Positions 46,993 through 56,817 of a DNA stretch of 62,058 nt are shown in pieces. Position 1 is the stretch's first letter. Each line of letters opens with the position of its first letter. The position numbers and the translations under genes are program-made. The notes beneath the pieces were generated by a model, which was given only the letters and a program-made list of their open reading frames with translations, ran no database searches and was not told the origin of the DNA. Source of the stretch: Candidatus Aminicenantia bacterium (GTDB taxonomy: Bacteria > Acidobacteriota > Aminicenantia > JdFR-78); the NCBI GenBank assembly GCA_046760445.1, contig JBHIEE010000002.1, positions 1 to 62,058 on the forward strand, read 5' to 3'.

Positions 46993-47307
46993 ATGTCAAA
47001 TCATAATCATACCATTAAAATTTTTGTGGACGATGCTGGGAACATTTCTTACGACTTTCCCAGCCTTAGGTTAAAACGGGGGGATACCATTGAATGGGTT
47101 TGTACAAACGAATATACTTTTACTGTTCATATGGGTTGGGGTACACCTCTTGGTAAAGGGCGTAGCCAAACATCTCAAAAAGGTATAATCCGCGAGACAG
47201 TCCGAGAAAATGCACTGAATGGTCGCTATAAATATTTTGTTGCTGTTTATGATAAAAAAAGAGATAAAATCTGGACCGACGATCCTGAGCTTATCATCGA
47301 ACCCTAA
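46993..47307 (+). CDS. Hypothetical small protein
   Basis: 104 aa, GGAGG RBS. No family recognised. Confidence 0.45.
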   Translation: MSNHNHTIKIFVDDAGNISYDFPSLRLKRGDTIEWVCTNEYTFTVHMGWGTPLGKGRSQTSQKGIIRETVRENALNGRYKYFVAVYDKKRDKIWTDDPELIIEP

Positions 47308-47339
47308 ACAAGAGCAAACTGCAATAGCTAAGAGGATGC

Positions 47340-47615
47340 TGCCACCGTTGCACTAAGGATGACCTTTAGGTATTTGTTCACTGTGCACGACAGCTTTAAC
47401 TCCTGTTTGCGGCGTATCTGTCGAGACTCCAGGGCACCCGTCTGGGCAATCGTGCCGCAGCCGTGCGATAAACCATGGATCTTGAGTAGCCGGGCAGCAC
47501 GTCAGAGGCGAGCGCCCTGGACCGGTTACATTGCACGGAGCGTGCCCAGCGCAAGGAGCCCGGATACGTAGGCACTCGAGCAGTCCCAATAGCGACGTGG
47601 TAGAGAGAATCATTA
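47340..47615. other. GC-rich non-coding block (candidate structured RNA or foreign DNA remnant)
   Basis: Much GC-richer than its surroundings. Open in several overlapping frames on both strands with implausible translations. Complementary pairs seen: ccagggc 47429-47435 / gccctgg 47514-47520, and ccgtgcgat 47461-47469 / attgcacgg 47530-47538. Confidence 0.3.
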
Positions 47616-47770
47616 ATCACCTGAAATTGCATTTTATTGCTGAAAGACTTTCTCCACTTTCAGATTATCTTTTCTCAAAAGTAGCTGAAATCAGAAGTAA
47701 TTATATCTGTTTAAAGAAATGTTTTAATAGAATGTAGCATAATTAATTATTTCACGCGTATGTTATTTCC

Positions 47771-47829
47771 TGCCCAGCGCCGGTCTTACAAACCGGGGGT
47801 CACTGGTTCAAATCCAGTACTGGCCACCA
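47771..47829 (+). pseudogene. tRNA-Val(UAC)-like 3' portion (anticodon arm, T arm, acceptor 3' strand, CCA) lacking a 5' acceptor/D arm
   Basis: ccggt-cttacaa-accgg (47780-47796), gggtc, actgg-ttcaaat-ccagt, actggcc-a-cca (to 47829). No GGCCAGT-type 5' strand lies upstream. Confidence 0.6.
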
Positions 47830-47985
47830 ATCCTTGGTAACTGGTAAATAGTAATTGGTAACTGGGAATTGGAAAATGGGAATTGGGAATTAATGAAATT
47901 TTGTTTTTCTGCTTTTTGAAGTAAATCTTTGTTTTAGTTATATACAAAAGCATTAACTCTGCCAATTTTTTTAGAATACGTCAAG

Positions 47986-48014
47986 TTGACAAGCCATACT
48001 AAGATTTATATACT
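47986..48014 (+). promoter_or_regulatory. sigma70-type promoter. The -10 box ends 8 nt before ATG 48023, so the transcript may be leaderless or near-leaderless
   Basis: TTGACA (47986-47991), 17 nt, TATACT (48009-48014). Confidence 0.4.
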
Positions 48015-48022
48015 TTCACAAA

Positions 48023-48907
48023 ATGAGAATAAAACTCATAGTAAATCCCAGTTCTGGAAAGACAAAGGTAAAGAGATACCTGCCGACTATAGAAAAGATG
48101 CTTTCAAAAGAGAATTGGGTAGAGAGAAATTTTACCTCTAAATCCAACGATGCCTTCAATTTTACCTATGGAATGAACCCTGATAATTTCGACCTTATAG
48201 TTATAGCAGGCGGGGATGGGACCTTGAATGGGGCGATAAACGGTATGCTTAAGGCAAATTATTCGCTTCCCATAGGATTTATCCCCCTTGGAACCAGTAA
48301 TGTTTTTGCCCTCTGTAGTGGCATCCCTTTTGACCCTGTTGAAGCATGTAATACAATTTTAAAAAGAAGAACAAAAAGGGTCGACCTAGGTAAAATAAAT
48401 TCTGAGGATGGGATTAAATATTTCACATTTGTTGCGGGGACTGGGTTTGATAGTCTTGTAGTTAAAGAATTCAACTGGAATCTGAAAAAGATTTTTGGAG
48501 GGGTGATGGCTCATGTATTTTCGGCCATTTATGAACTTGCAAAATTAGACTTGCCAGAATTGAACATAGAAGCTGACGGCACTTTATATAAAGGTTACCA
48601 GGTTATTATCTCAAATGGAAAATATTATGGGGTGTCTTCCGTCATGGCTCCAGAAGCAGATATGTTTGATGGATATCTCGATTTAGTAATATTCAAAAAC
48701 AACAAGAAAAGAGATTTGATCAAGTACTTTTTGGCGCTTGGAATGGGTAAACATACAGACCTTGAAGATGTTAAATACTTCAAGGCAAAAAATATAAAGG
48801 TGGAAAGTAAGAAAACCTCATGGGTTCAAATCGATGGAGAAATTGGAGGCAAACTTCCTCAAAAATTTTCGGTGGTTTCAGGTGGATTGGAGGTGATACT
48901 TCCTTAA
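48023..48907 (+). CDS. Diacylglycerol kinase family lipid kinase (YegS/BmrU-like)
   Basis: IVNPSSGK..., VIAGGDGTLNGAING, IPLGTSNVFA. Confidence 0.85.
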   Translation: MRIKLIVNPSSGKTKVKRYLPTIEKMLSKENWVERNFTSKSNDAFNFTYGMNPDNFDLIVIAGGDGTLNGAINGMLKANYSLPIGFIPLGTSNVFALCSGIPFDPVEACNTILKRRTKRVDLGKINSEDGIKYFTFVAGTGFDSLVVKEFNWNLKKIFGGVMAHVFSAIYELAKLDLPELNIEADGTLYKGYQVIISNGKYYGVSSVMAPEADMFDGYLDLVIFKNNKKRDLIKYFLALGMGKHTDLEDVKYFKAKNIKVESKKTSWVQIDGEIGGKLPQKFSVVSGGLEVILP

Positions 48908-48908
48908 A

Positions 48909-49628
48909 ATGAGATTTAAAGAGATTATAAAAGAGGGGAACTTTAAAGAAAAATTGATACTTTTAAGTATCCCTGTAATTTTGACAGTTTATATTTATCA
49001 TGGCATGCCATCAAGTTTTGCCAACTTTTTCCCTTCATTTTCTGCTTCTACGCTATTTTCTGATTTTTACAGTCATATTTATCAGTTTATAAGTGTTTTT
49101 ATTCTTCTCTTCCTCTTCCCCGCATTTATCGTGAAGTTTATATTTAAAGAAAGGTTGAAAAATTATGGATTTTCGCTCGGCGATAAAAAATATGGATTTA
49201 AATTTGTCCTATTTACGATTCCATTTGTCATCTTTCCAATCATATGGTTTGCATCGAACATGGCGAATATTCAAGCAGAATACCCAATGTCGAAAAGTAT
49301 GCTCACCTCAACAGGCTATATCGCAATTTATGAATTTTTTTACATCTTTTACTACTTTGGATGGGAGTTTTTTTTCAGAGGATATATTTTATTTGGACTG
49401 AGAGAAAGATTTGGAAATTTTTACTCTATACTGATTCAAACTATCCCTTCAGTGCTTCTCCATATAGGAAAACCTGAAGGTGAAACTATAGGAGCTATCA
49501 TCGTTGGAATTGGCTTTGGATATCTGGCTTTAAGAACAAAGTCAATTTTCTGGCCATTTTTGATTCATCTTTTTTGTGGAGTCGTCTTAGACATTTTTAT
49601 CATTATTCAAACGATAATAACAGCTTAA
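48909..49628 (+). CDS. CPBP family intramembrane endopeptidase
   Basis: GWEFFFRGYIL, LLHIGKP, LIHLFCGVVLD. Confidence 0.7.
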   Translation: MRFKEIIKEGNFKEKLILLSIPVILTVYIYHGMPSSFANFFPSFSASTLFSDFYSHIYQFISVFILLFLFPAFIVKFIFKERLKNYGFSLGDKKYGFKFVLFTIPFVIFPIIWFASNMANIQAEYPMSKSMLTSTGYIAIYEFFYIFYYFGWEFFFRGYILFGLRERFGNFYSILIQTIPSVLLHIGKPEGETIGAIIVGIGFGYLALRTKSIFWPFLIHLFCGVVLDIFIIIQTIITA

Positions 49629-49629
49629 A

Positions 49630-50652
49630 ATGAAGGTTCTTGTTACAGGAGCAAATGGGTTCGTAGGTTCGAACCTCTGTGAAGGCCTTATTAAGAAAGG
49701 ATATAATGTGAGAGGTCTGGTGAGAAATACGAGTGATCTTTCTCTCATCAGAAACTTAAATGTCGAACTCACCTATGGTGAGCTTGGAAATATAGAGAGC
49801 ATTGAGGGTGCGATGAAAGGGATGGATATCGTTTATCATGTTGCAGCACTTTCCTCTGATTGGGGTCCACTTGAACTGTTTCTGAGAACGAATGTTGGTG
49901 GGACGAGAAATGTTCTGGGAGTCGCAAGAAAATCGAATTTGAAAAAATTTGTCTATATCTCTTCTGTAGTAGTTCATGGCTTTGAAAGTAAAGTCGATGT
50001 AGATGAAAATTCTTCATTTACGGATACTCCATTTCCTTATTGTATCAGTAAAAAGAAAGCAGAGGAACTCGTCTGGGAATATTACAATAAGTACAAACTT
50101 CCAATTACTATTATAAGACCAGGAAATGTTTTTGGGCCAAGGGATAGGGTCACTTTTTTAAAGATAGCAGAAGCAATAGATAAAGGATATATGCCATACG
50201 TTAAAGGCGGAAAAGCCATAACCTGCCTCACATATATTGAGAATCTTGTGGATGCCATAATTCTTGCAGGTGAGAGTGAAAAGGCGATTGGCCAGGCATA
50301 TATAATCACAGATGGAACAAAGGTCACATGGAGGGAATTTGCCGAAGCAATAGCAAAAGAGATGAGAAGAAAGAAGCCATTTCTAAGTTTCTGGGGACCT
50401 TTTGCTTATTTCATCGCATGGATGGTGGAGGCGGGAAATAGGATTCTTAAGAGAGAGAAAAGACCGCTTATTACAAGATACCTGGTAACTCAAGTAAGAT
50501 CCAATTTTCATTTTTCGATTGAAAAAGCAAAAAAAGAACTTGGTTATAATCCCAGAATTTCTTTTGAGGAAGCGATACGCCGTTCAGTGAAGTGGTACTT
50601 AAATCAAAAGGAAGGTAAACCCCCGTTAGATGTTCACTATCTAACGAGGTAA
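49630..50652 (+). CDS. NAD-dependent epimerase/dehydratase (3-beta-HSD-like SDR)
   Basis: VTGANGFVGSNL, Y--SK catalytic pair (PYCISKKKAE). Confidence 0.85.
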   Translation: MKVLVTGANGFVGSNLCEGLIKKGYNVRGLVRNTSDLSLIRNLNVELTYGELGNIESIEGAMKGMDIVYHVAALSSDWGPLELFLRTNVGGTRNVLGVARKSNLKKFVYISSVVVHGFESKVDVDENSSFTDTPFPYCISKKKAEELVWEYYNKYKLPITIIRPGNVFGPRDRVTFLKIAEAIDKGYMPYVKGGKAITCLTYIENLVDAIILAGESEKAIGQAYIITDGTKVTWREFAEAIAKEMRRKKPFLSFWGPFAYFIAWMVEAGNRILKREKRPLITRYLVTQVRSNFHFSIEKAKKELGYNPRISFEEAIRRSVKWYLNQKEGKPPLDVHYLTR

Positions 50653-50715
50653 AGGAGTTTGAGGATATTTGTTTTTAGATCATAGCATGTTAGCTATTTT
50701 AAAAAATTTTGCCTA

Positions 50716-50866
50716 TAGAATCTTTAGCCTTTTGCTGTTGGCCTTTAGCCCAAGACATGCCTAAATCAGTTTAAAGAACTTAGTTTAGAGTTTAGTAAAG
50801 TTATTCTCTCAACTCTAAACTCTCAACTTTTTGAGGCCAAAAGCTAAAAGCCAATGGCTAATAGCT
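50716..50866. repeat. Nested imperfect inverted repeat of doubled words
   Basis: tttagccttttgctgttggcctttagcc versus ggccaaaagctaaaagccaatggctaa. Inner gtttagagtttag versus ctctaaactctcaac. Confidence 0.55.
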
Positions 50867-51329
50867 TTTCTTTAGAATGACTTGCGTATTGCTTTAAAAC
50901 TTTTTCTGGTAGACCCTATATTTTATAGCTTCCTCCCATCATCTCTGCTGCCCTCTGAGTTAAAATGTTATCTTCAAGAACCTAGGAAACCTCACACCAT
51001 TTATCCCCAGCCTTTCTTGCTCCTTTTAATGATTCAAGGTAAAGAAAATACTTTCCTTTTAAATGAAATCATCTGGGTAGAAATGAAGTTGACCCAGAAC
51101 AATACTTATTTAATAACTGAGCAATAAAAATGTCAATTGAGATTGAAAACCTAGCGGAGGTTAATCTTCCTTTTCAGATCCCATCATGGATAAGATCCGT
51201 AGTGAATGGTGATGTTTAAAAAATCACAATGATGCGCTACCCTATTTGAAGAAAATTATGGAAGAATGAATTAATTGATATATTAATTAAGTAGTTATAT
51301 ACAATATGTTGATACTAAATTACTTAAAA

Positions 51330-51415
51330 TGCCGAAGAGGGGACTCGAACCCCTACTCCCGAAATCGGGAACTAGCCCCTCAAGCTAGCGTGTCTACCAA
51401 TTCCACCACTTCGGC
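51330..51415 (-). tRNA. tRNA-Leu (anticodon GAG)
   Basis: Reverse complement folds as GCCGAAG...CTAGC-TTGAGGG-GCTAG, long variable arm, AGGGG-TTCGAGT-CCCCT, CTTCGGC-A. Confidence 0.9.
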
Positions 51416-51499
51416 ACTATGTAAAAATCATATAAAAATAAATGATTTCTCTCAATTTTAATTCTGACTTTTTTCCTTTGATCCAGCCGAAGACGATGC

Positions 51500-51850
51500 T
51501 TACTTTTGCTCCTCCTGTTGAGCAGGCTGAGCTTTGCTTTCAGCTGGGATTTCTCTTTGGGTTTCAGTCTGAACAGCTTCTTCTTTAGGTGTCTCCACTC
51601 CCTTGATAACTGACTTGCCTCCCTTAGCTGAGAGAATCCACAGGCCCAAAGAAGTAAACATAAATAGCACAGCACACGCAGTCGTTACCCTGGAAAGTAA
51701 AGTGCCTGCTCCTCGAGGACCAAATACTGTTTGACTCCCGGCTCCACCAAAAGCACCGGCTAAATCAGCTGCCTTTCCCGATTGGAGAATAACAGCCAGA
51801 ATTAAGATAATGCAGATTATAATGTGAATTGCAGTCAATAAAGCTGACAA
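51500..51850 (-). CDS. secG: Preprotein translocase subunit SecG (with Lys/Glu/Gln-rich C-terminal extension)
   Basis: ILAVILQSGKAADLAGAFGGAGSQTVFGPRGAGTLLSR is the SecG signature. Confidence 0.85.
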   Translation of the reverse strand: MSALLTAIHIIICIILILAVILQSGKAADLAGAFGGAGSQTVFGPRGAGTLLSRVTTACAVLFMFTSLGLWILSAKGGKSVIKGVETPKEEAVQTETQREIPAESKAQPAQQEEQK

Positions 51851-51865
51851 TATCTTCCTCCTATT

Positions 51866-52639
51866 TTATTTTTCCTGATAAGCACGCCATGCTTCCTTTA
51901 TAATTTTACCAAAAGATTCTGCCTCTAAGGAAGCACCTCCTATTAAAGCTCCATCTATATCTTTTTCTTTAATCAAAGAATAGGTATTTTCTGGCTTAAC
52001 TGAGCCTCCGTAAAGAATTATAGCATAAGAAGCAATCCTTTTTCCATATTTTTGAGCTAATTTCTGTCGAATAAAATTATGCACTTTCTGAGCTTGTTCA
52101 GGAGTGGCTGTTTGACCAGTGCCTATTGCCCAGATTGGCTCATAGGCAATAACAATTTTTTTTATTTCTTCTTCACTTATCCCTTTTAATCCTTCTTCTA
52201 TTTGATGATCAATTTTGGAGATGGTTTTCTTTTTCTTTCGTTCCTCAAGAGTTTCTCCAATACAGAAAATAGGCATTAAAGAATGCCTTAGAGCAGATTT
52301 AATTTTTAAATTTACACTCTCATCAGTCTCTCCAAAATGCTCTCTTCTTTCTGAATGGCCAACAATAACATACTGACAGCCAATATCACTCAGCATCACT
52401 GGAGAAACTTCTCCAGTAAAAGCTCCTTTTTCCTTCCAGAAGACATTTTGTGCTCCAAGTTTAATCTCACTGCCAATTATAATTTTTTTAATTTCCGAAA
52501 GAGAAGTAAAAGGAGGAATAACCACAACTTCTCCTGTCTCTTCTCCTTCAATTTCTTCTTTCAATTTAGAGACTAAATCAACAGCTTCAGAAAGAGTTTT
52601 ATTCATTTTCCAGTTACCAGCAATGAAAGGTTTATGCAT
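51866..52639 (-). CDS. tpiA: Triosephosphate isomerase
   Basis: AGNWKMN, VGHSERR, AYEPIWAIGTG, YGGSV. Confidence 0.95.
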   Translation of the reverse strand: MHKPFIAGNWKMNKTLSEAVDLVSKLKEEIEGEETGEVVVIPPFTSLSEIKKIIIGSEIKLGAQNVFWKEKGAFTGEVSPVMLSDIGCQYVIVGHSERREHFGETDESVNLKIKSALRHSLMPIFCIGETLEERKKKKTISKIDHQIEEGLKGISEEEIKKIVIAYEPIWAIGTGQTATPEQAQKVHNFIRQKLAQKYGKRIASYAIILYGGSVKPENTYSLIKEKDIDGALIGGASLEAESFGKIIKEAWRAYQEK

Positions 52640-52708
52640 ATTATTTCTCCTAAAAATTAAAATGTAAGAGGTCCTTTCTAATTTTTCCCTTTTCTGCTAA
52701 TTTTAAGC

Positions 52709-53899
52709 TTAAATCTTTTCCGTTAGAACTTCAATTCCAGGCAATGTCCCTTTAGCTAAGAATTCAAGTGATGCTCCGCCGCCAGTTGAAATATGAGTAA
52801 TTTTGTTCTTAACCCCAGCTTTATAAACGGCCGCAACAGAATCTCCTCCACCAACAATACTTACTGCTCGAGATTCAGCCACTGCCCGGGCAATGGCTGT
52901 TGTTCCCCTTGAGAAGTCTTCAATCTCAAATACTCCCATTGGACCGTTCCAGACAATCATTTTTGCTTGAGAGATTATTTCTGAATATTGACGAATTGTT
53001 TCTGGTCCAATATCCAATCCAATATAACTTTCAGGAAAAGGCTCATCCTTAATAATCTTCACTGGAACATTGCTTTCTTTCCTTTCAGCAACCAGAGAAT
53101 CAACCGGCAGTTGAAAATTAATTTTTTTCTCCGCTGCCTCAGCCATTATTTTTTTAGCAATTTCAATCTTATCTTCCTCAACCAGAGACTTCCCTACTTC
53201 CTTTCCTTTTGCTTTAAAAAAGGTGTAAGCCATTGCTCCGCCAATTAGTAAATGGTCTACTTTACCTAACAGGTTTTCAATCACCGGGATTTTATCTGAG
53301 ACTTTGGCTCCCCCCAGTATCGCAACAAATGGTCTATCCGGAGAAGCAAGTGCTCTGCCCAGATATTCAATTTCTTTCTCAACCAAGAAGCCAGCTGCAC
53401 AGGTTTGAATAAATTTCGTTATTCCAACCACTGAGGCATGAGCTCGATGACAAGCTCCAAAGGCATCGTTCACATAATAGTCTATTCCTTGAGCTAATTC
53501 TCGAGCAAATTGATCATCATTTTCTGTTTCACCTGGATGAAATCTGAGATTTTCAAGAAGAAGGATCTGTTTTTCTTTCAAATCTTCTTTCAACCTTTCT
53601 ACTTCCGGACCAATCACCTGGGGAGCTAAGGTCACTTCCTGGTTTAATATTTCAGAGAGTTTTTGCTGAACCGGTTTTAAACTTAACTCAGGCTTGTATT
53701 TCCCTTTCGGCCGCCCTAAATGAGAGGCAATAATCAGTCTCACATCCTGATTGAGTAGGTAGCCAATTGTTGGAAGAACAGCTCTAATTCTGGTGTCATC
53801 AGTAATCTGGAGGTTTTCATTAAGAGGTACATTGAAGTCTACCCGTAAGAAAATCCTTTTTCCTTTTAAATCCAAATTTTTGACTGAAAGCTTATTCAT
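52709..53899 (-). CDS. pgk: Phosphoglycerate kinase
   Basis: RVDFNVP, SHLGRPKG, GGAKVSDKI, STGGGASLEFL. Confidence 0.95.
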   Translation of the reverse strand: MNKLSVKNLDLKGKRIFLRVDFNVPLNENLQITDDTRIRAVLPTIGYLLNQDVRLIIASHLGRPKGKYKPELSLKPVQQKLSEILNQEVTLAPQVIGPEVERLKEDLKEKQILLLENLRFHPGETENDDQFARELAQGIDYYVNDAFGACHRAHASVVGITKFIQTCAAGFLVEKEIEYLGRALASPDRPFVAILGGAKVSDKIPVIENLLGKVDHLLIGGAMAYTFFKAKGKEVGKSLVEEDKIEIAKKIMAEAAEKKINFQLPVDSLVAERKESNVPVKIIKDEPFPESYIGLDIGPETIRQYSEIISQAKMIVWNGPMGVFEIEDFSRGTTAIARAVAESRAVSIVGGGDSVAAVYKAGVKNKITHISTGGGASLEFLAKGTLPGIEVLTEKI

Positions 53900-53939
53900 T
53901 GCTAAGACCTTAAGACACCAACACCCTGAGATCCTCCAT

Positions 53940-54010
53940 TGGGTTATTAGGTGATTAGGATAACTGGGTAATTAGAAACAACCCAATAACCCAGTCACAC
54001 AGTAACCCAA
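53940..54010. repeat. Imperfect inverted repeat of doubled words between gap and pgk
   Basis: attgggttattaggtgattaggataactgggtaatt versus acccaataacccagtcacacagtaacccaat. Confidence 0.55.
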
Positions 54011-54040
54011 TCAACCAAAGCACACAGGCACTTTGACAGT

Positions 54041-55063
<1,023 letters not shown>

Positions 55064-55408
55064 TTATTATATTTCGATGACTTAAAATTATTAACATAAA
55101 AACACCCGAAAATCAAACAATTGAATAACTTATATAAATTTTAATTTTTCCTCTAAAATCTGAGAGGCAACAATAACCATCTCCTTAAAAAGATTGGGAG
55201 ATAATTCTCTCAGTTCCATTTTCTATTTTTTAGTTTTTATTCGAGTAATAAATAACTGGAGTTATTTCACTCCCACCAGAAAAGCAACAAAAAGGAAACG
55301 ACTATTGTTTTCATTTTAGTAATTTTCGGTTTTCAGGCTTCGAATTATTTTTATCAAAAATTAATTGACAAAACAATAGCAGAAGTTTTCCAGTTAAGCT
55401 TGAAAAAA

Positions 55409-56596
55409 CTAAAAGATTGTTTGAAGGAGATACATTAGCGAGGCACTGAATAATGAGACACTGAAATTATCGTCAATACCAAAGGGAAGAACCTCGACAA
55501 TAGCTGCTCCCAGAGCTCCGCTAAGAAAGATAAAGGTGGGAAGCTCAATATAATGAAGGAGAATATATCCTGCTATCAAGCAAGCATTAAAAAATGCTAA
55601 ACTTCCTTCCAAAGATTTATCGAAGATTTTAACTCTTCCATATCTCAAGCCAAAATATTTACTAAAAAAATCACCAAAAATTAAAAAAGTAACAGCCATA
55701 GCGGCTATATTTTTTTCAAACAATAGGAAAGTAAGAAAACAAGCAGTTAAGAATAAAGTCATTGAAGAAAATTCCCTATATTCTTTATTTTTGAAAATCT
55801 CTTTTGTTTTGAAAAGCAAAATATTAAATTTCTTGTAAATTAATCTGATTAAATCCACTACTAAAAAGAATGAAGCCACTCCACCAACTAAAATCAAAGC
55901 TTTCTTCTTATCCTGAGTGAGATAAAAGAGAACCAGAATGACAGCTGCTGGTCTTAAAAGCAATCGCCATCTGATAAGATATTGATCTGACTTAAGTTTT
56001 AATCTCAAGAAATTTATTTTGAGAATGTTTAAAAGATTAATAGAAAGAATATAAGCCATAATTATTCCACTGAAAATAGTAATTCTATTTAGAGGTGAGT
56101 TCAGAAAAATAAAAATTAAGAGAAAAGGCAAAACAACCAGCCCCACCATTTCTCCTTTTTTGGTGATGTATAAAAAGGAAAGGACAACTATCGCTAAAAG
56201 AAGAAGACTGGTCAACGTTAACCAATTGTTTTTTAAAATAAAGAAAAGATAATAGAGTAACATCCCGACTGCTGTGGCTATTCCCTGGCCACCTCTGAAT
56301 TTCAGGTAAAAAGGAAAAACATGACCAACAACAGCACTCAAGCCAGCCAGGCTGGAACAAATAGGCCCAGCTCCTAACTGGGAAGCAATAAACATTGAGA
56401 GGAGTCCTTTATTAACATCAATTAGGCCAGTTACTCCTGCTGCTTTCCAGCCAAGAACACGCCAGGTATTAACTGTCCCAGCATTTTTATCTCCATGCTG
56501 CCGAATATCAATTCCTTTTAATATTTTACCGAGAATACAAGCCGGAGAAATAGAGCCAATTAAGTAACCAATTATGATACTAAGTGAACAAACCAT
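55409..56596 (-). CDS. plsY: Fusion protein: PlsY (glycerol-3-phosphate acyltransferase) N-terminal half + CTP-dependent polyprenol/phytol kinase / CdsA-like C-terminal half
   Basis: N-half: GDKNAGTVNTWRVLG, GHVFPFYLKFRGGQGIATAVG. C-half: FGLRYGRVKIFDKSLEGSLAFF and EVLPFGIDDNFSVSL, like CTP_transf_1/DolK-type enzymes. Confidence 0.65.
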   Translation of the reverse strand: MVCSLSIIIGYLIGSISPACILGKILKGIDIRQHGDKNAGTVNTWRVLGWKAAGVTGLIDVNKGLLSMFIASQLGAGPICSSLAGLSAVVGHVFPFYLKFRGGQGIATAVGMLLYYLFFILKNNWLTLTSLLLLAIVVLSFLYITKKGEMVGLVVLPFLLIFIFLNSPLNRITIFSGIIMAYILSINLLNILKINFLRLKLKSDQYLIRWRLLLRPAAVILVLFYLTQDKKKALILVGGVASFFLVVDLIRLIYKKFNILLFKTKEIFKNKEYREFSSMTLFLTACFLTFLLFEKNIAAMAVTFLIFGDFFSKYFGLRYGRVKIFDKSLEGSLAFFNACLIAGYILLHYIELPTFIFLSGALGAAIVEVLPFGIDDNFSVSLFSASLMYLLQTIF

Positions 56597-56817
56597 TTTC
56601 TAAATCTTACCCTCCTTTAATAACAAAACTGGATATAAGTTTCAAGGAAATAAATGGTCTGTTTCTCCCTAACTAATTGTCTTCTTTCAGCTCAGGCTGA
56701 AGATAAACAGGCAGTCTCCATTGCTGAGACATTATTTTCTTGTGAATATAATGAAAACTGAAATTGAATTAATTCTCCGATATGTTTAAGACTTAAAAAG
56801 ATTGGACTGATGAAATA

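Noticed and set aside
47353-47737. ORFs 47353..47613(-), 47359..47571(+), 47396..47632(-) and 47531..47737(+) as protein-coding genes
   Set aside because: They overlap each other in a GC-rich block and have Arg/Pro/Cys-rich implausible sequences with no RBS. This is the typical artefact of GC-rich non-coding DNA in an AT-rich genome.
47340-47829. GC-rich block plus tRNA-like end as tmRNA, RNase P RNA, SRP RNA, or a tRNA with a group I/II intron
   Set aside because: - tmRNA: the acceptor 3' strand actggcc cannot give a G3:U70 pair, and no matching 5' strand GGCCAGT exists.
- RNase P: no GGAAAGTCC-type core. Only tccgggctcc is seen, on the minus strand.
- SRP RNA: no GGAAGCAGC-type SRP motif.
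- Group I intron in a tRNA: these sit in anticodon loops, but the anticodon loop here is uninterrupted.
- Group II intron: the region is too short, and no domain V hairpin is found.
50882-51230. ORF 50882..51127 and a short ORF at 51130-51219 (MSIEIENLAEVNLPFQIPSW...); also a minus-strand stretch ...NILTQRAADMMGGS... reminiscent of an excisionase HTH
   Set aside because: No RBS, and stops interrupt every frame. The similarity is limited to a few residues. Possibly decayed mobile-element DNA next to tRNA-Leu(GAG), but this is not supportable.
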